A stretch of DNA of 64,000 nucleotides. Origin: Octopus sinensis (taxonomy: Eukaryota). Positions 36,656-49,825 of the stretch are shown in pieces (the first letter of the stretch is position 1; every line of letters starts with the position of its first letter). The position numbers and the translations under genes are program-made. The stretch lies in the NCBI RefSeq assembly GCF_006345805.1, contig NC_042999.1, positions 64,046,001-64,110,000 on the forward strand. The letters are read 5' to 3'. The notes beneath the pieces are model-generated. The model worked only from the letters and a program-made list of their open reading frames with translations, was not told the origin of the DNA and made no database searches.

Positions 36656-36756
36656 CCTTTTTAGGACTTTTTTTCCCTTTCATTAATATGCAGAAAGCAA
36701 CATAATCGACTTCACTACTCCCATCAAATGTTGTGCCCTTATTTATAAGCTTGAAA

Positions 36757-36758
36757 TT

Positions 36759-36830
<72 letters not shown>

Positions 36831-36832
36831 TT

Positions 36833-36892
<60 letters not shown>

Positions 36893-36894
36893 TT

Positions 36895-36955
<61 letters not shown>
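36757..36955. repeat. (TTTC)n polypyrimidine tract
   Basis: About 200 bp, nearly pure. Source of the KERK/FLSF ORFs. Confidence 0.98.
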
Positions 36956-39039
36956 GTAATGTCTCCGACGTGACATACAACATGAATTGACTGTTTTCAA
37001 AAAAACCTAAATACCTGTCGGAGATCATCGCTGGAGGTCAGGCTTGAGCAGATCTCTTCTTTTGAGAGAGAGACGGGGGGAGAGTCTGTGTGTGTGAACA
37101 GGAGAGAAAAAAGAGAGAGGAAGAAATGAAGCCAGTACTGGACTGGTACTTTATTTCATCAGCCCCGAGGGGACGAAAAAGTAACATTGACCTCGAAAGA
37201 ATTTGATCTCAGAAAGCCTGAACAAATACTGCAAGACATTCTATTCCGACACTTTAACAACTAACTATTCATTCATTCATCTACCCACCTACCTACCTAC
37301 CTACCTACCTACCTATGTATTCATAGGCGTGACAGTGTGGTTGAGAAACTTGCTTCCCGACCACATGGTTTCGGGTTCAGTCACACTGTGTGGCACCTTG
37401 TGGCACCGACTGAAATCATGTTTTGAAATTGCGTGATTGTTGTAAATGTATGTCGTCCATTTCCACGGTTCTGGCTATAGGGAAATATTATCCTGCTTGG
37501 AAAGGATTAAGGGTTGGCGACAAGATGGGCATCCGGTTATAGAAGATTTGCCTCAACAAATTCCGTCTGACCCATGCAAGCATAGACAAGTAGACGTCAA
37601 AACGACGATGATGTTGATATGTACATATGTATGTGTGTGCAAGTTGTGTTTCGTTTTTAATTGTTTGAATTCTTGCTATAAAGAAGGAGTTGGTTTCCAA
37701 CAGAGAATTATATCCCCATCGTTGAAACTTAATGACAACAGTTTTGCTTACAGGTTGTATTTGCTTACAGGTTGTATTTGCAAACTGCGTGTGTGTGTAT
37801 GTTTCTGTTAGCTGGTCATTTTCATTTTTCTCGAAACAGCCAGATTTTCGGGATTATCGCTTAGATGTTTATTACCATGGCCAAGCTGCAGATATAATCA
37901 TAGATACAACTGTAAATTTATGATCTATATAAAGAAATTATAGGCTCTGAAGAAGTCCTCCGTAAACGTTATTTTTCTCGCTAATTTTGAAAGAAATGTT
38001 CACATCAGCAGGGAATCTGAACTTAATAATTACATAGTTGTTTCTAAACGATTATATCAGGTCTGTACTGTTTGCATTTAATAGCAGTTGTTTGTTATAG
38101 GAGTGTTAGACCAATATTCCTTTTGCTTAAACGCATGTATTTAACAACAGAAATACTTTCTCTATCTCGGAGGTGTCTTTTCTACGGATAACATTGTATT
38201 TTGTTTTAACAACAGTATCATATTGCATTGGTAAATGTTAATCATGTGTAATATCACCTAAAGAAATTGGCACAATCAACATTTTTGGTTGTATCTTGGG
38301 GTTGTCCCTTTTAATCGTTAGGTATTTTGTAACTATCTCCTGCTCTTAGAAAGCAAAAGCATGACCTTCAAAATTGTGACGTAATCTAACTTTCCCAAGG
38401 TCAAGAGAGGTAACACTTCCTGTTAATATTAGCTTCATTCTCAAGTTCACGTAAAACATTCCTTTGTTTTATTATGCAAAGTGTTTCTCCTCTAAATTCT
38501 TCTTTGAGGTAGGCTAATCCAGCAGTTTTAGGGTCGCATGGTACGTCATCGAGAAGTGAGTACTTCTCGAGTTCACTTCCGACTTGTTAAGACGTTGTTC
38601 TCTTCAGTTTTAAGCAGCTGGCTGGTTGATGTAATGTATGTATTTTTGCTGCTGTTGTTTAGTAGATACCGTCTAAGTGATGCCATACCACAAAAATTAT
38701 TTCGACTAATTTCAAACCTCTTTACTTATAAATGTCTATGTTTGTATGTATGCATATATGATTTGGTGAACGAATATGTCGCTCTTGAATATATCATACT
38801 TGAATAGGTCGTCCTTTTGGATTTATTTAATATTTTCTTCTGTGCAGAATTCAAGCCGGTCACTAACAAAGGGACAAGGCTCTTTTGCTTAAGTCAACAC
38901 AGCTCTTAAGGTTGAGGATGTGCGGATAAACTTACTCTCGTGCTGTGGGTGTGCACGTCACGTTAGAACACAAGTGTGTAGGTTTCATTACGCGTGTGCA
39001 TGCATTCGCACACACGTACATGCATACACACATATATTA

Positions 39040-39420
39040 AACTCTTTAACTTGTTTCAGTCATTTGACTGCGGCCATGCTGGAGCACCGCCTTTAGTCGA
39101 GCAAATCGACCCCAGGACTTATTCTTTGGAAGCCTAGTACTTATTATATCGTTCCCTTTTGCCGAACCGCTAAGTTACGGGGACGTAAACACACCACCAT
39201 CGGTTGTCAAGCGATTTTGGTGGGGGACAAACACAGACACGCAAACATATACACAGGCATACATATACATATATACAAATATACGAAGGAGCTTCTTTCA
39301 GTTTCTGTTTACCAAATCCACTCACAAGGCTTTGGTCGGCCCGAGGCTATAGTAGAAGACACTTGCCCAAGGTGCCACGCAGTGGAATCGAACCCGAAAC
39401 CATGTGGTTGGTAAGCAAAC
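39040..39420 (-). mobile_element. SINE family A
   Basis: Family blocks in reverse. The extreme 5' end is missing. Confidence 0.9.
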
Positions 39421-39433
39421 ACACACACGCATG

Positions 39434-39479
<46 letters not shown>

Positions 39480-40412
39480 AGCTTCCACATAGTTACCGTC
39501 AACAAAATTTACAAGGTATTGTCGGTCCGAAGACACTTGCATAAAAGTGCCGCACAATGAGACTGAGTCCAAACCACGTAGATGCAAAGCGAACTTCTTA
39601 ACCATATAGCCATGTCTGATAAAAACAAATCTGAGTTACTTTTAAAAACAGATCCAGTCACAAAAAAAAAAGCATTTAAAAGAAAACACTATTTTAAATT
39701 AGAGGAAGGAAGAAACATTCTAAAAGAATTATCAAATTATAAGTATTATCTGTTTTTAAAAAATCCAGTATTTCACGATTTTGATATTCTTTGGTGAAGC
39801 CTTGAATTCTTGCTGCTCTATTTTAATATTCCTTGAGTAAAAGTCGTGATGTGAAGAGAAGAGTCTCGCATGCTTGGACTACTGCAAATCTTTCTAAGAA
39901 ATGTCTCGCCTAGGCCTGCACATACACGTACAGAGATATGGTCAAACTTGAGCGGCTGAGGCTCCAGTCTCAATTTAGTTTATGACATTCAGTGCATCAC
40001 AATTAATCAACTTAAACGTTTGACGTGGGGAGGGATGACTACAACATTCTTTACGTTCTTACTGATCCCTTTACATTAATGAAGGCAGCGAGACGGATAG
40101 TAAAATAAAAGAGTTATGGACGAAATAACGCTCTAAGTTCATTTTCCGTCGGCTTTCCCATACATCCTTTCGAGATTATTATTTTGTTGCTCGGTCCTTA
40201 TTGAATATAACCTATTATCAATAGTATTCCTGCCCTAAAATATCTCTCTTGATTTGTTATCTAGAACTGCATTGTCTAGTGTGTCTTTGTTCTTTTAAGG
40301 CTATAGGAAGTAATTTGAGGAGACTCGGATGCTATTTCTCGTAGTTCGGATCTTTGGATCACAATGCCAGAAGCAGCAGCAACAGCAGTAATAGTAGTAA
40401 CAATTGATGCAA

Positions 40413-40912
40413 TCTTCTTCTTCTTCTTCTTCTTCCAATCAGGACTCACGCCATTAGCCACAAAGAATAATCCCTAATTCGAGCCTACTCTAAGCTACTA
40501 AGAATGCATGCAGCAACTTGAAGATCCACTCACCACATGCGATAGACTGGCGGTTGCACGGGCGCGAAAGCCACGTTGTTATCCTCATTCCATAAACGGT
40601 GGCTTTTTAACGGGTGGAGAGCTGAACCATCCTGGGGTACAGGGGATTCGTAATCTAGACTAGGGTCTGAGAAAGTACCACACCATAGTGGGTTACACCA
40701 CGGTTCCTCTGCTTTGTGGAAGAAGTAGGAAGAAAGAGTGAGAGAAAGTTGTGGGGAAAGAGTACAGCGGGATTCACCACCCTCCCCCGCTGGAGCCTCG
40801 TGGAGCTTAGGTGTTTTTGCTCAATAAACACTCACAGTGCCCGGTCTGGTAATCGAAACCGCGTTCTTACGACCACGAGTCCGCTGCCCTAACGACTGGG
40901 CCATTGCGCCTC
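40413..40912 (-). mobile_element. SINE family C head fused to an unrelated ~310-bp tail ending in (GAA)n
   Basis: 40724-40912 matches the family C head. 40413-40723 does not match the other C tails and ends in AAG repeats on minus. Confidence 0.75.
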
Positions 40913-42471
40913 CACAGTTGATGCTGTTGTCGTTTAGCTTCACACCGACCATTTTGGACTTGTAAATCTATGGTTACTGTCGTTCCAGCAGTGACCATCC
41001 TGTCTTTTATTTTTAAACACAATGCATCCAGAACGAACTGCATTCCCCAGTGCGATCTTCCTTTATGTCAGACGGCAAAATCTGATTTGATGGTTATTCG
41101 GTTTTATGAGCCTGTATCCTACATCAATAGTAGCTTTGTATATTTGTGTCATAGTTCCCAGCTTAGTCTTGACTGAAAAGAAAACTATCATAGACGGTCC
41201 ATGTGACAACATAATCCAATGTGTTACCCACTTTTTAAGACCCTTGCCTGTCCAAGTTTCCCCCAAACGTCCAATGCTTGTTTTCAGACATTTAATTAGC
41301 CCTTGTTTATATATTCTGAGTAGTGTGAAGCATTCTTTTCATAAGTCCCAACTTACTCTGGTGGTTGAGAAAAAAATTGGAAACGAGTATCATATATGTT
41401 GCATGGACGCCAGGGAAATATATCATATGTATTAAATATGATACACAAGACAGACAAAGTGTAAGATAGTGTAATCAGGCGATATTTCATGCAGCTCGAT
41501 TTAAGCTACCCCTCTTTTTCACACGACTGTTTAATAATGCAGTGTTTCTATATAACATTGCAATACCTGGCAAGGAGGAAATAGCACAATTGTGACGTCT
41601 CCTGTAGGATTAGTCAGCTGCCTGTGACATGTGTCATGTCACCTTTATTAACTCCTTCCCACCGACATTGTTTCTTAGACTTGGCAAGGCCACTGGTTTT
41701 AGATCATTAGATATAAGTTGGAATTTTTCCACACCCGAATTATAAACTGTTCACAGTGAGCTATATTTTATCACCGCATAGTCCGGGTTATATCGCCCTG
41801 TTCAACTAAGCCTTTATGTAAATTATTGCCATTTACCAAATTATGCGTTGTATTTCATGCACTAAATTATCATTGTTATAATTGATTGGGAAACATTTAA
41901 TTTATATTTGTTAATTAAAAATTAAAGTTGTTAATCTGTTTAAACCCTGTGTACATTGCTTACCCAGACGATGTCTGAACTTCCACCCGTATTAGTTCTG
42001 GAATGTTGTAGACATATCTGTTGTAAAGTCACGCCGAAGAAATCTATATTTCTGTCACCTACTCACAGGTTGACACTTATCGTCTTGATATATTCTTCCC
42101 ATCGCCACAAATTAGTACTATTTGTGTTGCTGTTATCAATGGTAGTGGTCGTGGTTGGAAGATTGATTTAACGGGGTTAAAGAAGACGTAATGAACGTGT
42201 GAACGAACATCGCAGTGGTGGCAGTGTTTAAAAACGTTTCTTTTATTTGTTAAAAAATATCTTAAGATGACAGCGACTTTGGCGATGCTAATGAAGAGGA
42301 GGGGTAAACGTATTATCGAAGGCCAACCGTGGCCATCCCATCTTATTAATGATTACACAATCCAGTACATTCTTCCTTATTTTTTTTCAAGCGGCAAGCT
42401 GCGATTTGAGGGACAACTAGTTGCTATTTCTTGCATGTACACTCTCATAATGGTATGATAATGATGAGGAA

Positions 42472-42686
42472 GAAGGCAGCGAGCTGGCAGAATCGTTAGC
42501 ACGCCGGGCAAAATGCTTAGCGGCATTTCGTTCGACTTTACGTTCGGAGTTCAAATTCTGCCGAGGTCGACTTTGCCTTTCATCCTTTCGGAGTTGATAG
42601 ATTAAGTAGCAGTTGAGAACTGGGGTCGATTTAATCGACTTAGCCCCTTATCCAAACTGCTGGCCTTGTGCTAAAATTTGAAACCA
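42472..42686 (+). mobile_element. SINE family B2, full length
   Basis: AAGGCAGCGAGCTGGCAGAATCGTTAGC head, GAGTTCAAATTC B box, B block, CTGGCCTTGTGCTAAAATTTGAAACC tail. Confidence 0.92.
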
Positions 42687-43598
42687 ATGATGATGAGGAA
42701 GAAGACGAGGAGAAGGAGGAGGATGGTGATGACGGCGATGATAGCAATCATAGTGATAATGATGTTGGTGCGGATGGTGCCGGTCTTGATGATAAGGATG
42801 AGAATGATGGTGGCAATTAATCCATGATATTAAATTGTACAAAAGTTACACGAACCAACGAGGAAAGCTCTTTTGAGGTCATTCATTCAACTAGAAATAC
42901 CAGTCAAATCTCGCTCATATCATACTTTTATACTTTTATTAAATCTGATAATATGGGTTTAGACACAGCCCTATACTTGAAAAAAAAAAAAAAAAGAAAA
43001 ATCATTAGTGGTCATGGTTGGAATGCTTTTGACCTGCCTTCTGGACAGGACTGAATTGGAGTTAAAGGATGACAATCATGCTGCATGAACGAAATAAATG
43101 TTAATAAGGGTGAAAAAAAAAGACAAAAAATAAACACAAAAACCCCCAAAAAGATTAAGATGAAACCAGAATCCAGAGAGATGATAATACGTTGGGTGAT
43201 CTTATGTTTATTGGTAAAGTGTTACACGTTATCTAGGTTAATACTGAGGCAGACAGTCCCAAATTCTATCTATTGTCTATTTTTCACATGAAGAACAATA
43301 GAGATAGAAGGGAGCTAGTGGTGATATTGAGAAGATCAGTTAAAAAAGGACCGTGACTATCAAACACCACCATCAGCACCGCCATCATCAGCACCACCGT
43401 CATAAATATTCTCAATGCAGTCAGTGTCTTCCTTTCGCTTTCTCTCTCTCTCTCCCTTATATAGACGCGCATACATCATTCTTATATAGAGAAATACACA
43501 CACACACATATATGGATATGCGCGTATCATATAAAGACACAGAAATACACACAATCGCTTACACATAGACATCTCTCTCTCTCTCTATATATATATAT

Positions 43599-43986
43599 GT
43601 AGGAGTGGCTGTGTGGTAAGTAGCTTGCTTACCAACCATATGGTTCCGGGTTCAGTCCCACTGTGTGGCACTTTGGGCAAGTGTCTTCTACTATAGCCTC
43701 GGGCCGACCAAAGCCTTGTGAGTGGATATGGTAGACGGAAACTGAAAGAAGCCCGTCGTATTTATATATGTGTGTGTTTCTGTGTCTGTGTCTGTCCCCC
43801 CAACATCGCTTGACAACCGATGCTGGTGTGTTTATGTCCCCGTAACTTAGCGGTTCGGCAAAAGAGACCGATAGAATAAGTACTAGGCTTACAAAGAATA
43901 AGTCCTGGGGTCGATTTGTTCGACTAAAGGCGGTGCTCCAGCATGGCCGCAGTCAAATGACTGAAACAAGTAAAAGAGTAAAGAGT
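43599..43986 (+). mobile_element. SINE family A, full length and close to consensus
   Basis: Intact A/B boxes, core and tail stem-loop CAGTCAAATGACTG (43950-43963), then AAAGAGT repeats. Confidence 0.95.
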
Positions 43987-45548
43987 ATATATACTGTAAA
44001 GAGTATATATAACAAAAAGAGGAATATATAAGAGTGGAGTGACTAAAAAATAAATGAAGTTAAAAAAAAACTTTAATACATTTAATCAATACCATTGAGA
44101 CTTAGAAATATCGAAGGCACAATATAATCCAAATAAGAAAACAAAGAAATTCTTTAACATATCTTTAAGGATTCCGAATCAGATGAGAATTTCGGCATTA
44201 TTCTGGAATCTGACAGTATTAATAACCCAAAATTCGGGTTAAGTGCTTCTTTAGAAATACCCTACCTTTACACCCTTCCAAGACCTAAGTAGACGTAATA
44301 TATATACCTCTGTCAAAGTTTAACACTGACTTCAGCTTCAATAGCTTAAATTTAGAAAATTCGGGTAGATGCTGATGTACAGAATGTCGTACGAAAAAAT
44401 TCCAAAAGAGTTGGAACTTGTCTCTTGGTTGGAAAGAATATCCTGATGACAATTATTATAGATTCTCAAAAGGAAATGAAAAAAGTGTCAGTTATATAGA
44501 AAATTGAACCTCTTATAGGAAAACCAGAGATATTTCTTTACAGGCAAAGAGACAGCTACTAAGAGGTTTCGGATATTATGAGACCTCGTCTAGATAGCTT
44601 AGTCTACGCTAGCCTACTTTAAAGAGTCGATAAGCTTTTTAAAATATAATTCGCATTTGATTTCAAAATGCGAGATAAGGGAACTAACTCAAATAGGTAA
44701 AAACAACAACGTTAATTTAGCTAATTCTGATACGTGGCGATGTACAGAATGACGTACACATACACACACAAATTCTTAACGAATTGAAATTTGTAGAAGG
44801 GAAAACTACGAAGTTACCAGGTGATAACTGTTGACGACCTTGAAAGAAAAGAGGAGATAATTTCAGAAAATTAAGAAACAATTTCACAATACACTTTAAA
44901 TTTCATGCTTAAAGAGAAAATCAGATCGAGAGTTAAACGATAACAACTACCATTCCATGTGTCAAATATTTCAAGCTAAACATTTAATTCAATATTCATT
45001 CTCCCACTCTCGAAAAAGACGCAAACTTTTGGAACTTTCTCGTTGCTCAAACTTTTCCAAAAATGATAAATCTACAAACGTTTAAGTTAAACACCAGAAA
45101 GAAAGAAAGAAAAAACCTGCAAAGGCTACGGGCACGGCACATCTTCCAAAGACTGTGTAATTACAGAACTGAAAATCCTTTATACGTCACCAATGTCAGC
45201 AGCAAAATGTTAACGACGAGTAACATTCAAGCGTGCCTTAAAATGACATCCAGATTAATCTTCTTTTCCCCAAATTTCTTTTCCCTCTAAGCAGTTATAA
45301 CAGTAAAAGAGGATTAGGTCATTTTATGTAAACTGGAACACAAGATTTCAACGTTCATATTTGAACTTTTTGCATTTCTGTAGTATTATTTGCTTTTATT
45401 CATTCCCTAACTTGATGGGTATGTAACAACAAGCCAGCTGCCACTAAAAAATCTCTAATGTGACATCTTTATCAATGTACCTGATGAGATCCAGACTGAT
45501 GGGTCAAAACATAAAGGGTTAATACTAAATCCATCTCCTGTTAGTTAA

Positions 45549-45723
45549 GGGAGAGTTTACGAAAAAACAAAAGACGAAGACAGGTGGTGTACAAAACAAA
45601 CAAATGTATTAGTATAACGCTCAGGAATAGAAAAAGTCTTTTACGTTTCGAGCCTACGCTCTTCTACAGAAAGGGACACAGAAAAAACAAGGAGAGAAAA
45701 AATGTGTGTAGTGGCTATCTATC
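45549..45723 (-). mobile_element. Second copy of the 5419-5619 Penelope-like fragment
   Basis: Reverse complement aligns to 5419-5619. Motif CTGTAGA-A-GAGC-GTAG-GCTC-GAAACGTA. Confidence 0.7.
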
Positions 45724-45984
45724 GGGATGTGTGTTGTGTTCTTGAGCAAGACACTTTATTTCACGTTGCTCCAGTTCACTCAGCTGTAGAAATGAGTTAC
45801 GACATCACTGGTGCCAAGCTGTATCGACCCCTTTTCCTTTCCCTTGGATAACATCGGTGACGTGGAGAGAGGAGGCTGGTATGCATGGGTGACTGCAAGT
45901 CTTCCATAAACAACCTTTCCCGGAGTTGTCTCGGAGTGGATCATTCTAGGTGCAATCCCATGGTCAATCATGACCGAAGGAGGT

Positions 45985-46056
<72 letters not shown>

Positions 46057-46206
46057 AAGGAGAAAAATTAATATACTGACTGAACGAGAAGCTAATAGAG
46101 ACGTATTGATAGTTAGACAGACAGCCAGAAAGACATGAATTGTATTAATCGACAGAAACACTTATACGCATGTACTGAGTTCTGTTTCTCTAGTTTGTTT
46201 CACCAA

Positions 46207-46239
<33 letters not shown>

Positions 46240-46855
46240 AACACACACTGTATGCATATAGAAAAACGCATACACACAGCTAATTCACAAGCATACATAT
46301 GCTTTTAAGGCTACTTAAGTCTAAGCAGAATAAACAGGAACTTACAAAGTTGAAGAACGACGAAGGAAAAAAAGTGGGAGAATAAGACAGAGTGTAAGTG
46401 AGAGAGAGAGAGAGAGAGTCGTAGAAGAGAATAATGCGAAGTGAATGTCACGAAATGTTGTGTAAGTAAAAATGCGTTTATGATGTGAGATGAAGTAATA
46501 AGAGTTGTAATGATAAAAATAAAACTAGAATAAACATCGAGTAAAATAATGAACCAATCAGATACTTTCTCCTGTGCTCACTCGATCCGTTAGAAATAGC
46601 AGCTAAAATCTCATTTAAATACTGAAACACGCAATGTGTTAGAATAGAAATTTATATGGCGTGATGGGATTATGTTTTAAATCGATGGTGCATGGAAATA
46701 CGGAAAACAAAAGTTGGTAGGGTCACGTTTGGAAAGCTTCCGCTCATTCATATCTCTCCTCGATCAGAGCGGACTTGAAGTAACAAGTACACGTTCATAA
46801 TGTATAGTATTCTCATTAGTTTTCAGAGGTATTAGCTTCAGTTTACTTAACAGCA

Positions 46856-46905
<50 letters not shown>

Positions 46906-47081
46906 GAGTGAGAGAGAGAGAGTGTGTGTATATCAGTCTCTTTCTCTCTCTTGTGTGTGTGTGTGTGCGTGTTATGCTGTTGCTTCTGTTATTGGAGTAT
47001 GGTCAAGCTTGGGCACTGTCTTGAAGGGTTTAACCAACTCAAATCCGAGTACTTACGGTGATAAAGTTTGCTATATATATA

Positions 47082-47286
47082 CAGGATGGGGAGGCAAAAT
47101 TTACAATATTTTGAGGCAGGGATTGAAAGACAGTGTATGACCGATTTGTTTATTGAAAGTCATGAGAATTTATTTGCAACAAGACAATTTACATAATAGA
47201 AAATATTTTTATACTATGTATCCTCCTTCTTTCTCAATAACTGTCTTCACATGCTTCCTGAAACTTGCACAGGCGTTCCTCAAATG
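47082..47286 (-). mobile_element. 3' end of a Tc1/mariner-superfamily (maT/DD37D-like) transposon
   Basis: Minus translation HLRNACASFRKHVKTVIEKK, then GGYIV* after a frameshift. Terminus TA-CAGGATGGGGAGGCAAAA. Confidence 0.55.
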
Positions 47287-47667
47287 ACAACCGATGCTGG
47301 TGTGTTTACGTTCCCGTAACCTAGCGGTTCGGCAAAGGAGACCGATAGAATAAGTACAAGGCTTACAAAGAATAAGTCCTGGGGTCGATTTCTTCGACTA
47401 AAGGCGTTGCTCCAGCATAGCCGCAGTCAAATGACTGAAACAAGTAAAAGAGTAAAGAGTATATATACTGTCTGTTTTCGCTGAATCCTCTTGGGCGTAA
47501 ACAAACGAGCACCAGTTGTCAAACAGTGACAGACAAGTATTATGACACACGCACATACACACGCATGCGCGCGCATACCCCTTCCCCCCCACACTAGACG
47601 GGCTTCGGCACTATTTCCGTTTGCCAAATTCTCTCGCAAGGCATTATACACGCCCTGATACCTATTT

Positions 47668-47890
47668 CTTTATTACCCACAAGGGGCTAAACATAGAGGG
47701 AACAAACAAGTACAGGCATAGGTATTAAGTCGATTACATCGACCCCAGTGCGTAACTGGTACTTAATTTATCGATCCCGAAAGGATGAAAGGCAAAGTCG
47801 ACCTCGGTGGAATTTGAACTCAGAACATAACAGCAAACGAAATACGGCTACGCATTTCGCCCGGCGTGCTAACGTTTCTGCTAGCTCGCC
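47668..47890 (-). mobile_element. SINE family B1
   Basis: Tail, B block and head in reverse. Confidence 0.9.
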
Positions 47891-48031
47891 CTGATACCGT
47901 CGGTATCTACATATCAAATTTGTGCGCAATCGGATAGAGGAGCCCGAGATCCTAGAAGACACACACACAGACAGAACGGATTTTATATTATATATATATA
48001 TATATATATAATATATATATATATATAAGGA
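47891..48031 (-). mobile_element. Helitron-like 5' end fragment
   Basis: Minus strand A|TCCTTATATATA...AAAATCCGTTCTGTCTGTGTG resembles the 5' end of the 7181 Helitron. Confidence 0.5.
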
Positions 48032-48279
48032 TCCTTGAAGAATCAAGGCATATCAACTAATTGGCTAGACAGAATCACACAGACCAGGCAGTGAAGTAAT
48101 CCATCATCAGTGCAGAAGGCATCGAAGAAGTTAAAATACAGTTGTTGGGTAATCTGCTATTCCAATAGAATACAAAATATTCAACGAAGAACAAAATATA
48201 TAGAGTGGTGTAAAAATAAAATATAAGAACGAATAGATTTCCGAGTGTTGCTAAAATAAATAAATAAATAATATAATAA

Positions 48280-48311
<32 letters not shown>

Positions 48312-48314
<3 letters not shown>

Positions 48315-48469
48315 GAGTGGCTGTGTGGTAAGTAGCTTGCTAACCAACAACTGTTCCGGTTCAGTCCCACTGCGTGGCACCTTGGGCAAGTGTCCTCTGC
48401 TATAGCCCCGGGCCGACCAATGCCTTATGAGTGGATTTGGTAGACGGAAACTGAAAGAAGCCTGTCGTA

Positions 48470-48512
<43 letters not shown>

Positions 48513-48712
48513 TTGTCCCCCTAGCATTGCTTGACAACCGATGCTGGTATGTTTACGTCCCTGTCACTTAGCGGTTCGGCAAAAGGGAACGATAGAATAA
48601 GTACTGGGCTTACAAAGAATAAGTCCCGGGGTCGATTTGCTCGACTAAAGGCGGTGCTCTAGCATGGCCGCAGTCAAATGACTGAAACAAGTAAAAGAGA
48701 AAAAGAGAGTAT
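48312..48712 (+). mobile_element. SINE family A, full length
   Basis: All blocks present. Confidence 0.92.
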
Positions 48713-48850
48713 ATATATATATATAAGTTCAGCAAAATTTAGATTCAGATGAATATGGTACTTAAGTTAAAGGCACTAGAATTTAGTATGGTATTATCCA
48801 TATAAATCAAATGGGGTGATTATAATAAAAATAAGCAACAAATGACTGAT

Positions 48851-48885
<35 letters not shown>

Positions 48886-49455
48886 GACTGAGATCACAAC
48901 ACTCTCTCTAATGGGACGTTAGACCCTTGCTGGATCACTCACCACTCACAGCTAAGTGGATTAAAGCAGCGTAAAATCTAGTTTTTTTTTTCCTAACGAT
49001 CACAATACACCGTCAAGTTCGAGAATCGAAACCTCAATATTGCGATCGTGAGTGCAGCACCCAAACCACAAGGCCACACGCCTTCACTACACCAGTTATG
49101 GAAGTCTTATGTAGTATCAAAACTCTGCGTTTTCTTCTCTAAGTCATGTTGTAAATATGAACGGAATGTTATCAGTCTGTGGGCACAGCAGAGGCAAGCT
49201 CGTTTGTTTCTCATTGTTGTCCATGATAAAAAGTTTTGTAACAAGAGAGTACGTACGAGTTGATGTCTTACATTGATACAATGTAACAACATTGTAAAGG
49301 ACGGGAGTGGTCTTTTGTATCTATTCAAGCATACAACTGATATATATATAAAGCAATGAAGGAAACTTCCTCCCCGTAGTCACTAGAACTGAGAAATTGC
49401 AGCCAAATTACCTTCAACTCCCACCATATCGTTAAGAAAACCACCTTGGACAATA

Positions 49456-49825
49456 TCATTTCATTTTCATTTTCATTTCATCTAGTTTCAGCTCACGAGC
49501 TGTGGCCATGCTGGGGCACCGCCATTCGGTATTGCTACATGATTTTACTTCACGAATGCTTTTTAGCAATTGACATTTGGTGCATAAGAGAGTTTGATGC
49601 AGCTGCCCTCATCTGCACCTCCTGCCGTGAAGTTGGTTCATCTGGGACACCTGACAGGAAGAGGTCCAGCTTTATTTTGAAGACACCTGCATCCACCCCA
49701 TGCAGGTCTCTCAGGTCCTTCGGGAGGATATTGAAGAGGATATTGAAGCCCAGGCTATCGCAGTATCTTGTCCTACATCTTGATGGCAAAATATTGATAC
49801 GGAACAATAAAAACAAGATGCTCAT
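49456..49825 (-). mobile_element. 5'-truncated CR1/L2-group LINE: ORF2 C-terminus, 3' UTR and (TGAAA)n tail
   Basis: LFNILPKDLRDLHGVDAGVFKIKLDLFLSGVPDEP is typical of the CR1/L2-type ORF2 end. The 3' UTR is homologous to the SINE A tail. Confidence 0.8.

Noticed and set aside
37743-37776. 17-bp tandem duplication containing TTTGCTTACAG
   Set aside because: A simple local slippage. No open exon follows.
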